From Cyanobacteriota bacterium (GTDB lineage: Bacteria > Cyanobacteriota > Cyanobacteriia > Cyanobacteriales > Nostocaceae): 64,000 nucleotides of DNA. The stretch spans positions 64,001 through 128,000 of the forward strand of contig JBJOKS010000005.1 in the NCBI GenBank assembly GCA_046045965.1. Reading direction: 5' to 3'. The translations under genes were made by a program, and so were the position numbers. Each line of letters starts with the position of its first letter. Position 1 is the first letter of the stretch. Below, in pieces: positions 11,609 through 21,236 of this stretch. Under the pieces are notes generated by a model. It ran no database searches. It was not told where the DNA came from and saw only the letters and a program-made list of their open reading frames with translations.

Positions 11609-14600
11609 ATGCAACCAGTAATAGTTCTATATTTTGAAACAGGAAATTTTGAACAAGGATTCGTCATTAAATTACAGAGTATAAATTTCAACCAAGAATT
11701 AGTAGGAAGATTGTCAGCAAATCCTGAAATTGAAGAAGTATATCGAGAAATAAACTCTCTATATGAGGATTATCGTAAAATAAAGAGCAAATCTTTAAAG
11801 CAAAAACTTAATGAAAAATATAGTTATTTTGAAAACCAATTAAATGAATGGTTAAACTCAGAGTCATTTCAGATTATTCGTTCAGAAATAATTCAAATAT
11901 TTACTCATAATCAAAATTCCAGATTATTTATTCAAGCAACCCATCCTGTTATCTGGCAGTTACCTTGGCATCAGTGGAATATTTTGCGCGAATTAGAAAG
12001 TGTAGAAGTTACTTTATGCTTTCCTATAACTCAACAAATTAAACTATTTACACCTTCTCCATTACGAAACCGAGTGAGAATTTTAACAGTAATTGGTAAT
12101 ACTAAAGGAATTAAGGTTGAAGATGATATTACAGAAATAAATAATATAATTATTGAAAATAAAACTGAAATTAAAATAATTCCAGAACGAAATCCACAAG
12201 AATTAAATGAGATAGAACAAGATGCATCACACAAACAACAAATACAACTTTCTCGCAGAGAATTATATGATGTACTTTGGGAATATCAACAATCAGAGAT
12301 TAACGAAGATTCAGAAAAGCAGGTAAATGAAGAATCTTTTCATCCAAAAGATGTTAAATTTAACAAGAATAACATAGGATGGGATATCTTAATATTTACT
12401 GGACATAGTAAAACTGAATGGTTTAAAGATAGAAAGGGAGTTTTACAAATAAATTCTCAAGAATGGTTGAGTATAGCAGAATTACGTTCAGCAATAAAAT
12501 CAGCATTAGCTTTTGGTTTAAAATTCGTTATTTTTAACTCCTGTGATGGTTTGGGTTTAGCTAAAAATTTGGCAGATTTACAAATTCCTTATGTGATTGT
12601 GATGCGTGAGGAAGTTCATGACAACGTAGCTTCAAATTTTATCAAGAATTTCTTAAAAGAATTTGTCCAAAATGGTGAACCAATTCATATAGCATTAAGC
12701 AAAGCAAGAACCGAATTAGCAAAAATTGAAAAAAATTATCCTCTAGCTAGTTGGCTACCTGTTCTCTGTCAAAGTTCACCAAATATAACCTTAACTTGGG
12801 AAGAATTATCACAGAGTATTAATAAAAAACCTGATTGGTCAGGATGTTGTTTAACATTATTTACGTTAGATGCTCTACAACGGTTACAAAATAATATTCT
12901 GACTAAAAATAAAGGTGTAGAGATTGAAGATATTTATGTTGCACCGAATTTAGGATTACTGCAAAAATTAAAACCAGGGGATTTACAAACTCAAGTCCAA
13001 AAGCAAGTACAAATTCCTATTTATGGTGATTATCAACTTACTCAAAAGTATCAACTAAAAGAGTTTTTAGAAAAAGTAGTTCGTCGTAGAAATAGCCCTG
13101 TTAGCCAAGGTAAGCGACTAGCAATTATTGGTGAAGCTGGAGCAGGTAAAAGTTTATTGTTACAAAGGATTGGAGATTGGATTTATTGGGATTTAAACAG
13201 GCTGGTAATTTGGGTTTCTTTAGCAAGTGTCAATCGAAAACAAACATTAGATAATTATTTACTAACAACATGGCTAAACAGAGTCAAAACAGAAGCTAAA
13301 ATGTCCTGGGTTAATCAGGAACAAATAGTAGATTTATTTGCTAGTGGAAATGTCTGGCTGTTGCTAGATGGAGTTGATGAAATGAATACTAATTTTGGTG
13401 AGCCTTTAGGAGAAATAACACGCCAGATTAGTCAGTCTAATTTCATATCTCAGTCAAATATTATTTTAACTTGTCGTCTTAATGTATGGGAAGCAAATAA
13501 AAAGATATTGCAACAGTTTGATGTATTTCGTGTTTTGGACTTTACCACAGACGATACCAGCAATATGTTTAGGACAGAAAATGGTCAGGTAACTTTTTTC
13601 ATAGAACGTTGGTTTGCTAGTAATCCCAATAAAGGACAAGAACTAATTCAAAATTTGAGAATGGATAGTAATAAACAAATTAGAGATTTATCTACGAATC
13701 CTCTGCGACTATCTTTATTATGTTTAGTTTGGGAAACAGAAACTAATACAAAGGAAAAATCATTTGAAGTTTTAGAAGAACCAGAAATTTCAAAGAATAC
13801 AGATGAAGAACAAAAGTCAGAAAAAGATAAAAGATTATCAGATTTTTTAAATTCTAGAGCGGCTTTATATGATAGATTTGTACAATCCATTTATGAATGG
13901 AAAGAGAGATTATTTCGTAAAGAAAGTAGCATTATTGTTAGAACTAATGAACGTTTAACTTTAGATCAGGGTAAAATAGAACAACTAAATCGAGATTTAG
14001 CTATTTTAGCCAAAAAAGCATTTGAACATAAACTAATCCATAAATTTACATTATCCGAATTAGAAAAAGTTGCCGAAACTCAACATCCAGTTACCAAATT
14101 TATCTTACCTGTAATTAAGAATGTAGTCGCTAAAAGTGGTATAGAACAATATGATTCGCCATTTCATATTCCTCATGTGATGGCTAGTATAATCTTAAAA
14201 TCTAATTTAAATTTAGCACTGCAATTAGGTTGGCTTAACCAAGTGGGAACATCAAGATATAACTCAAATGAACCAATTTATGCTTTCTTCCATCCCACAT
14301 TTCATCAATACTTTGCTGCTAAAGCAATTGATGAAGATGAATATCAATTTTTTATAAAACACAGTACCGTTTTACCCCCACCTTATGGAACTTATCGAGC
14401 GTTTGATGCTAAATGGCAAGAAGTAATGTTGTTATGGTTTGGGAGAGAAGATGTTTTAGACCTTTATAAACAATTGTTAATTGAAGGATTATGGAAATTT
14501 AAAGATGGATGTGGTGGTTTTTATACATATCAAGCAAAGTTTTTAGCAGCAGCAGCATTGGCTGAATTTAAAAATTGTGGTGAGTTAGAAGAGCAATTAA

Positions 14601-17140
14601 CAGACAATTATGAGAAGACTAAAGTTACGGTTGGTGAAATTATAGATGAAATTGGTAAAACCAGTTTTGTATATGAAAATGAGGCAGATGAGGATGATTT
14701 GTCTTTACCATTTAAGGCATTTCAAAAACGAGCAAAAATAGCATTTGCAAGAACTAATTCTGAATTAGCTGAAAAATGGTTAATCAATTTAATTAATAAA
14801 ATTACACTAGAATCTAGTATTGCTCCTGCATTATTTTTAGATAATCTAGCTCCTGCACATAAATCAGTTATTAAGACCTTGCTAGAAGATTTTAAACAAA
14901 CTTTTGATGAAGAGTTAAACGATAACAATAAGAAAGATGCTACAGAAAGATATAAATATAATTTAATTATAAATTTAATTTTCAATGCCAAAGGTAATAA
15001 AGAAGTAATTAATCAATTGATTAAATTTCTGTCAAATCAAACCAATGAAGAGACACAGATTGAAACATTATTAGTTTTAGGCTGTATTGCTAATACTGAC
15101 GACAGAATGACAATTAATGCAACTAAATCAGTATTAGTTATAATTGAAGCTATTGATAAAATAATTCAGTTTTTTGAAAAAAATCTGATCGGTAGCGATA
15201 GTACATCTTCCAAAATTAGCAAATATAGTAGTTACTTTGGAATTATGGCTGAAGAAAATCCAAATATTGTTAATTATTTAATTAATAAACTTACTCAACT
15301 ATTGGAGAAATTATTACAACAAACTGACAAAACAGGTTATGAACAATACATAATTTTGGAAAATAAATTACATATTGCTCAAGAATTATTAGAAATTTCC
15401 CCAGTTAATCAACTGGCAATGAATACCTTAATTGAGCTTGCTTTAACTTATACTGACTACGATAGTGACACTCTAGTTTTTGGGTGTTGGAAAAAAGTTG
15501 GTAAAGATAATCCTTTCATGATTCATTCCCTCTGTAGTTATATTCAGGAATTTGATGAAACAAAGGGAACATATCGTTTTTTCTCGAAAACTTTTGATGT
15601 TTTGGGAGAAATTGGTTTTGGTGAACCTATCGTCATTGATTTTCTAAACCACCATTTAGAAATTACAGAAGATGATTCACTGCATTTTACTATTGCTAAA
15701 AATTTATTAAAAATTGATCCAGATAATATCAAAGCTATTAATACTCTCCAGGATTTAATGAAAAATGCTCCTAGTGTAGATTCGCGTGTAAGAGCAGCAA
15801 AATTATTAGCAGAATTATCTGAACAACATCGGGAAGAAGTAATTAATACTTTAATTTCTTGGCAAAAACAATATTATCAAGAAGTAATGGAATTTTTAGC
15901 CAAATCATCTATTAATACAAACGATATAGATAAATGTCTATCTAATTTAGCAAAAGAATCTGAAGCAGAATACGGGAGAGATGCAGAAAAAAGTTTATAC
16001 TTGAGAAATCTACAGCGCAAGTTTTTCTTGATTAGTGATATTTTTGGTAATTTTACTTTCCAGAAAATTGCTCGTAATTATCCACAAGTAATTGCTGCTT
16101 TAACTGAATTAATTTTGAATATTCCTGCTTCTTACACTCAATATTCTTTAGTCAAAAGTTTAGGAATGATTGATCCTGGGAATCCTTTTTGCATTAAGAT
16201 GTGGATGCAGTTCTATGATAATGAAGTAAAAGAAGATGAGCGTAAACACATTGCTACTAGCTTTTGGTCTAGAGTTTATCATGAGTGGGTGACAGAAGTA
16301 GGGGATAGAAACCGTCGTCAAATGATTATTGACGCATTAACTAAAATTATTCAATCTACAGAAGATAAAAAATTACAGTTGGATGCTGCAAAAACATTAG
16401 GTAAGTTTGATTCTGGCAATTCGTTAGCAATTTCTACATTAATTGGCTTGGTGCTTGATGGATATCCTGGGCATTTTTCCCATCCAGTAGCAGCATTACA
16501 AGAAATTATTCAGGGTGAAAAGGCAGAGATAGTTGCTATAGAAATTGTGAGAAATTTGCAGGAATTACTCAATGAAACTCATGATAATTTGGCTAAAGAT
16601 GATAATTATGATCGGCTTGAATATTTACTGGAACTATTTTGGGTTTGTGCTGAAACTTTACCATATCCTGAGTTTTATAGGGTTTGGCGAAATCTGCCTA
16701 AAAATTATCACCTTAAACCAATATATGTGGGTCTTAGTCAGTTCATGTCTGCGGCTAATTTTGCATTTGGTATTACTTATTATATTCTCCATCCTCGTGA
16801 TTTACTAATTAAGATATTCTCGATTATATTGAGTATATTGAAAGGCTTATTTTTATTGGTTGTCAATAGCTTTTCATTTCTGATTCTAGTAATCATTGCA
16901 GTAACATATCCTATATCTTGGTTTGCTAACAAATATTTAAGAATTAATATAAAACGAACTTTAATGAGCGTATTAGGTTTATTTATAGGTATTATAGGAG
17001 GCAGTATTATTTATATTATTTTACCAGCTATTGTAATGCTTGTATCGCTACCTTTAGTATTAGGATTAGCTGTAATTGCTATTCCTATAGGTTTAATTGT
17101 AATGGCAATTATTTGGATTTGGAAAAAATTTAGACGATAA
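11609..17140 (+). CDS. CHAT protease - NACHT NTPase - HEAT-like repeat protein with C-terminal transmembrane segments
   Basis: CHAT dyad FTGHS (His codon 12404) and FNSCDG (Cys codon 12542); Walker A GEAGAGKS (~13130); Walker B LLLDGVDE; NPLRL and FFHPTF motifs; HEAT-like LGxIDPGN repeats; about 4 hydrophobic helices at the C-terminus. Confidence 0.85.
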   Translation: MQPVIVLYFETGNFEQGFVIKLQSINFNQELVGRLSANPEIEEVYREINSLYEDYRKIKSKSLKQKLNEKYSYFENQLNEWLNSESFQIIRSEIIQIFTHNQNSRLFIQATHPVIWQLPWHQWNILRELESVEVTLCFPITQQIKLFTPSPLRNRVRILTVIGNTKGIKVEDDITEINNIIIENKTEIKIIPERNPQELNEIEQDASHKQQIQLSRRELYDVLWEYQQSEINEDSEKQVNEESFHPKDVKFNKNNIGWDILIFTGHSKTEWFKDRKGVLQINSQEWLSIAELRSAIKSALAFGLKFVIFNSCDGLGLAKNLADLQIPYVIVMREEVHDNVASNFIKNFLKEFVQNGEPIHIALSKARTELAKIEKNYPLASWLPVLCQSSPNITLTWEELSQSINKKPDWSGCCLTLFTLDALQRLQNNILTKNKGVEIEDIYVAPNLGLLQKLKPGDLQTQVQKQVQIPIYGDYQLTQKYQLKEFLEKVVRRRNSPVSQGKRLAIIGEAGAGKSLLLQRIGDWIYWDLNRLVIWVSLASVNRKQTLDNYLLTTWLNRVKTEAKMSWVNQEQIVDLFASGNVWLLLDGVDEMNTNFGEPLGEITRQISQSNFISQSNIILTCRLNVWEANKKILQQFDVFRVLDFTTDDTSNMFRTENGQVTFFIERWFASNPNKGQELIQNLRMDSNKQIRDLSTNPLRLSLLCLVWETETNTKEKSFEVLEEPEISKNTDEEQKSEKDKRLSDFLNSRAALYDRFVQSIYEWKERLFRKESSIIVRTNERLTLDQGKIEQLNRDLAILAKKAFEHKLIHKFTLSELEKVAETQHPVTKFILPVIKNVVAKSGIEQYDSPFHIPHVMASIILKSNLNLALQLGWLNQVGTSRYNSNEPIYAFFHPTFHQYFAAKAIDEDEYQFFIKHSTVLPPPYGTYRAFDAKWQEVMLLWFGREDVLDLYKQLLIEGLWKFKDGCGGFYTYQAKFLAAAALAEFKNCGELEEQLTDNYEKTKVTVGEIIDEIGKTSFVYENEADEDDLSLPFKAFQKRAKIAFARTNSELAEKWLINLINKITLESSIAPALFLDNLAPAHKSVIKTLLEDFKQTFDEELNDNNKKDATERYKYNLIINLIFNAKGNKEVINQLIKFLSNQTNEETQIETLLVLGCIANTDDRMTINATKSVLVIIEAIDKIIQFFEKNLIGSDSTSSKISKYSSYFGIMAEENPNIVNYLINKLTQLLEKLLQQTDKTGYEQYIILENKLHIAQELLEISPVNQLAMNTLIELALTYTDYDSDTLVFGCWKKVGKDNPFMIHSLCSYIQEFDETKGTYRFFSKTFDVLGEIGFGEPIVIDFLNHHLEITEDDSLHFTIAKNLLKIDPDNIKAINTLQDLMKNAPSVDSRVRAAKLLAELSEQHREEVINTLISWQKQYYQEVMEFLAKSSINTNDIDKCLSNLAKESEAEYGRDAEKSLYLRNLQRKFFLISDIFGNFTFQKIARNYPQVIAALTELILNIPASYTQYSLVKSLGMIDPGNPFCIKMWMQFYDNEVKEDERKHIATSFWSRVYHEWVTEVGDRNRRQMIIDALTKIIQSTEDKKLQLDAAKTLGKFDSGNSLAISTLIGLVLDGYPGHFSHPVAALQEIIQGEKAEIVAIEIVRNLQELLNETHDNLAKDDNYDRLEYLLELFWVCAETLPYPEFYRVWRNLPKNYHLKPIYVGLSQFMSAANFAFGITYYILHPRDLLIKIFSIILSILKGLFLLVVNSFSFLILVIIAVTYPISWFANKYLRINIKRTLMSVLGLFIGIIGGSIIYIILPAIVMLVSLPLVLGLAVIAIPIGLIVMAIIWIWKKFRR

Positions 17141-17210
17141 AGATTGAGTAATTGAACAATAACATCCCTAACTTCTTGAATATCCGGTTTCCAAAACCCT
17201 TGTATATACT

Positions 17211-17250
17211 TTTTATGAAACATTTATACGTTTTATGAAATATTTATACG
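17211..17250. repeat. 20-bp tandem direct repeat
   Basis: TTTTATGAAACATTTATACG followed by TTTTATGAAATATTTATACG (1 mismatch). Confidence 0.8.
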
Positions 17251-17804
17251 TTATTGGTCAGAAATATCCAAAATTACAGTATAAGTATAAAAAAATACTT
17301 TGCATAACTATTTTAGTTTTTCCGTTGCCTAACCTAATTATATCAATTCCCCATTCTCAAACCTGATTTTACCATAGGTATTAACACATAAAATCATCAG
17401 GTTGGAAGTAGAAAACAAAAGAAAAAATAAAAATTATGCCAAGGTTTTATAAAAATGATTTATGCTGCTAACATAGAAAAAAAGAGAAGTTGATCATCTT
17501 CTCTGAAACTACAGTTTGACACCAACCAAATAACTGTTATTATTTATTAATATCTTTGCGTCTCATCTCAATTCATACTTCTGAATCTTTGCGATTACTA
17601 TTATTATCTAAATACTTACTAACGAATTAGTAGGTATAGGAAAGTGAATAGCTAATTTTCGCAACATCAAAAATTTTTCCAGTAAATGAATAAAAAGAAA
17701 ATATTAAGCCAATAGCTATCTTAATGGTTTATATATTTTCGCTGACTTAATTTTTACTATCTGAGTCGCTACCAACCAACAAACAACATCAATTATCAGG
17801 ATAA

Positions 17805-18173
17805 ATGCCAATGAATATCACAGGAAAAAAAGCCCTGTTCAACAACCAAAGCATCTTACAAAATTTTGCTTTTGGTGAAGAAATTGACGAACAGGCTGCG
17901 GAAATCATTTCTGGTGGTGTGGAGAGATTCACTCTGAAAAATGCCACACAACAAGCGATTATTTACACAGTAGATGACGTTGCATGGATCATACAACCTG
18001 GCGAAGAACATAGAGTTAGTACCGACATGGGGGGGAAAATAAGATTTGATGGAGATACTCGAGACAATAGATTAAGCGCAAAAGGATATAACCTCAGAGA
18101 TTCTGGAAGATATGTATTTTACAACTCTTCCCAGAATAATTCTAATAGAATTGACTTATATCGTGAAGCTTAA
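17805..18173 (+). CDS. Double-glycine-leader secreted precursor 1
   Basis: Leader ends EEIDEQAAEIISGG (aa 38); 84-aa core; upstream of a C39 ABC exporter. Confidence 0.8.
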   Translation: MPMNITGKKALFNNQSILQNFAFGEEIDEQAAEIISGGVERFTLKNATQQAIIYTVDDVAWIIQPGEEHRVSTDMGGKIRFDGDTRDNRLSAKGYNLRDSGRYVFYNSSQNNSNRIDLYREA

Positions 18174-18291
18174 TCTTCTGGAAAAATTGCCGTTGGTTTT
18201 TGATTAAAGCCAACATCATTTATTTCATTTGTTTGCAACCGACCGAGAAATATTGACCAATAAACTCAACTAGATTTCAGGAGTAACTGAA

Positions 18292-18657
18292 GTGAGTATT
18301 ACTATTGCCTCCTCTTTTTTACACAACCAAAGAATTTTAGAAAATATTGCTTTGGTAGAAGAAATTGACGAACAAGCAGCAGAAATCATTTCTGGAGGTC
18401 AATCTGCAAATTTGCTGAGTAAAGAAATATATGCTTTGGATGATGGAAACGAGGAACCAAAATTATACAATCCCAATAATCCCAATAATCCCAATAATCC
18501 TGAAGAACGTGAAGATCCTGAAGACCCTAATCAATCTGCTTCACAACTATTGGGAGGATCTGTGCAGCAAGCTAATTTTGGATTTGGCCAGGACAGAAGA
18601 GGGAGAAGAAGATACGGATACAGAGATAGAAACAGAAACAGAAATCGTTACTGTTAA
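18292..18657 (+). CDS. Double-glycine-leader secreted precursor 2
   Basis: GTG start after AGGAG; identical EEIDEQAAEIISGG leader end (aa 36); low-complexity core with Arg-rich tail. Confidence 0.75.
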   Translation: MSITIASSFLHNQRILENIALVEEIDEQAAEIISGGQSANLLSKEIYALDDGNEEPKLYNPNNPNNPNNPEEREDPEDPNQSASQLLGGSVQQANFGFGQDRRGRRRYGYRDRNRNRNRYC

Positions 18658-18781
18658 TTAGGGTTTGTTTATAACGATCAACCCTCAAGTTCTACAGATT
18701 CATAACAGCCAATAATCACTTTTTTGACTGCGTAAATCCTCTTCTTTCACTGTATTTTCGCTTCCAGAATTACGCCAGTCA

Positions 18782-20938
18782 ATGAAATATCAAATTGTCT
18801 TACAACACAGTGAAGAAGACTGTGGTGCAGCTGCTTTAGCTACAATTGCCAAATATTACGGACGCACTTTTACCCTCAACCGTGTACGTGAAGCTGTGGG
18901 TACTGGTGCAAGAGGAACTACTTTATTAGGATTAAAGCGGGGTGCGGAAACATTAGGATTTCATACCCGACAAGTTAAAGCTACTCCTGAACTCATTAAC
19001 CAATTAAATCAAGCGCCTTTACCTGCTATCATTCATTGGAAAGGCTACCATTGGGTAGTATTATACGGACAAAAGGGCAAAAAATATATCATTGCTGACC
19101 CTGGTGTGGGTATCCGTTACCTGACTCACCAAGAGTTAATCACAGGTTGGAGTAATGGGGTGATGTTGTTACTCCTTCCTGATGAAAGTCGTTTTTATCA
19201 ACAAGAATCAGATAATATTGGCGGTTTGGGGCGTTATTTGCAACGGGTTTATCCCTATCGGTTTATTTTAGCCCAGGCGATCGCCATGAATATCGCCATC
19301 GGTATGCTTTCTCTCGCATCACCTTTTATGATGCAGTTACTCACCGATGATGTTCTCGTGCGGGGAGATACCCAACTATTAACTACCGTCGCTATCGGTG
19401 TAATTACCCTCAATTTAATTAAAAGCGCCATTAGTTTAGTACAATCTCATTTGATTGGTCATTTTGGACAAAGATTACAATTAGGATTAATCCTAGAATA
19501 TGGACGTAAACTCTTACATTTACCCTTAGCTTATTTTGAAGGAAGACGTAGTGGAGAAGTAGTAAGTCGCATTGCAGATGTTCACGCTGTAAATAATTTA
19601 GTTTCTCAAATTGTCTTAGGATTACCTAGTCAATTTTTTATTGCTATAGTTTCCTTGGGTTTTATGCTTTTTTACAGTTGGGAATTAACTATAGCTTCCA
19701 TATTTGCATTTATGATTATTACTGGTATTAACTTATTATTCTTACCAGCAATCCGCAGAAAAACTCGCAATATGATTGTTTCTGGTACAGAAAATCAAGG
19801 TTTTTTAGTAGAAACATTTAGAGGAGTACAAGTTTTAAAAACCACCCAAGCTACACCCCAAGCGTGGGAAGAATATCAAGGTAATTTTGGTCGTCTTGCT
19901 AACTTGGGTTGGAGTACGATGCAATTAGGACTTTATAGCAGTACAATCACAAATATTCTTTCTACATTTATTAATATCGGTATTCTTTGGATTGGTAGTT
20001 ATTTAGTCATTAATCGTCATTTAACTATCGGACAATTGATTGCTTATAATAGCATGAGTGGCAATTTTCTCGGCTTTTTAAGTTCGGGAATTGACTTAGT
20101 AGATGAATTTATCACTTCTCAAATAGTTATTCAACGTCTGACAGAAGTTATTGAAGCTACCCCAGAAGATGAAAATGATGTCAAAAAGCAATGGGTAGAA
20201 ATTCCTGAAAATGCAGATATTACTTGCACGGAAGTTAATTTTCATCATACAGGTAGAGTAGATTTATTGCAAGATTTTTCTGTAATTATTCCCGGCGGTC
20301 AAGTAATTGCTTTAATTGGTAAATCTGGATGTGGTAAAAGTACCTTAGCTAAATTGATTACAGGATTATATCAAATTCAATCAGGCAATATTCGTTATGG
20401 TTGTTATAATCAACAAGATTTAGCTTTAGAATGTTTACGAAATCAGGTAGTTTTAATTCCCCAAGAACCCCATTTCTGGAGTCGTTCAATTTTAGATAAT
20501 TTCTTATTTAGTTATGCTCATATTAGTTTTGAGGAAGTTGTAAAAGCCTGTCATATTACGGGTGCTGACGATTTTATCAGCGAATTACCAGATAAATATC
20601 AAACTGTTTTAGGAGAATTTGGTGCTAATCTTTCTGGGGGACAAAAGCAAAGATTAGCCATAGCGAGAGCGATAGTTACTGATCCACCAATATTGATTTT
20701 AGATGAATCTACTAGCGCCCTTGATCCAGTGAGTGAAGCACAAATATTAGACCAGCTTTTAGAGTATCGTCACGGTAAAACTACTATTTTAATTAGTCAC
20801 CGTCCGCGAGTCATTCGTCGTGCAGATTGGATTGTGTTTTTAGAAAAAGGACGTTTAAAAATTCAAGGTACACCAGGAGAGTTGTCTAAAGTTGCTGGTG
20901 AACATTTAGATTTTTTAGATGATGTTATTTTGAGATAA
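18782..20938 (+). CDS. Peptidase-containing ABC transporter (C39 peptidase-TMD-NBD)
   Basis: QHSEEDCGAA catalytic Cys, HWVV His, Walker A GKSGCGKST, LSGGQ signature, ILDEST. Confidence 0.95.
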   Translation: MKYQIVLQHSEEDCGAAALATIAKYYGRTFTLNRVREAVGTGARGTTLLGLKRGAETLGFHTRQVKATPELINQLNQAPLPAIIHWKGYHWVVLYGQKGKKYIIADPGVGIRYLTHQELITGWSNGVMLLLLPDESRFYQQESDNIGGLGRYLQRVYPYRFILAQAIAMNIAIGMLSLASPFMMQLLTDDVLVRGDTQLLTTVAIGVITLNLIKSAISLVQSHLIGHFGQRLQLGLILEYGRKLLHLPLAYFEGRRSGEVVSRIADVHAVNNLVSQIVLGLPSQFFIAIVSLGFMLFYSWELTIASIFAFMIITGINLLFLPAIRRKTRNMIVSGTENQGFLVETFRGVQVLKTTQATPQAWEEYQGNFGRLANLGWSTMQLGLYSSTITNILSTFINIGILWIGSYLVINRHLTIGQLIAYNSMSGNFLGFLSSGIDLVDEFITSQIVIQRLTEVIEATPEDENDVKKQWVEIPENADITCTEVNFHHTGRVDLLQDFSVIIPGGQVIALIGKSGCGKSTLAKLITGLYQIQSGNIRYGCYNQQDLALECLRNQVVLIPQEPHFWSRSILDNFLFSYAHISFEEVVKACHITGADDFISELPDKYQTVLGEFGANLSGGQKQRLAIARAIVTDPPILILDESTSALDPVSEAQILDQLLEYRHGKTTILISHRPRVIRRADWIVFLEKGRLKIQGTPGELSKVAGEHLDFLDDVILR

Positions 20939-21114
20939 ATTAATTTTTACATTACTTTTTACATCTGCGTATTTTATGACTCCTCATTTTCAAACATTAG
21001 CCAAAAAATCAACAGATTATAAAATGTATTAAATATATTAAATATATTTTTTGTGTATCTATCTAATTTTGTTGTTTAATCATCATTAAAATTTAAAATG
21101 ATTGAGTTTCTGAT

Positions 21115-21235
21115 AACCAATAACTAATAACAAATAACCAATAACTAATAACTAATAACCAATAACCAATAACTAATAACTAATAACTAATAACTAATGA
21201 CTAATGACTAATGACTAATAACTAATAACTATAAT
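21115..21235. repeat. STRR-type heptamer tandem repeat (TAACTAA/TAACCAA/TGACTAA)
   Basis: Directly visible upstream of the HlyD gene. Confidence 0.85.
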
Positions 21236-21236
21236 T

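Noticed and set aside
18096..18110. RDSGR in precursor 1 resembling the PatS/HetN RGSGR inhibitor motif
   Set aside because: One mismatch at a conserved position, embedded in a probable folded domain, and the same pentapeptide occurs by chance in the DnaK3 tail in this window
18431..18661. Alternative-frame ORF with IIP and TE repeats overlapping precursor 2
   Set aside because: Product of the same microsatellites; the other frame has the RBS and the conserved GG leader
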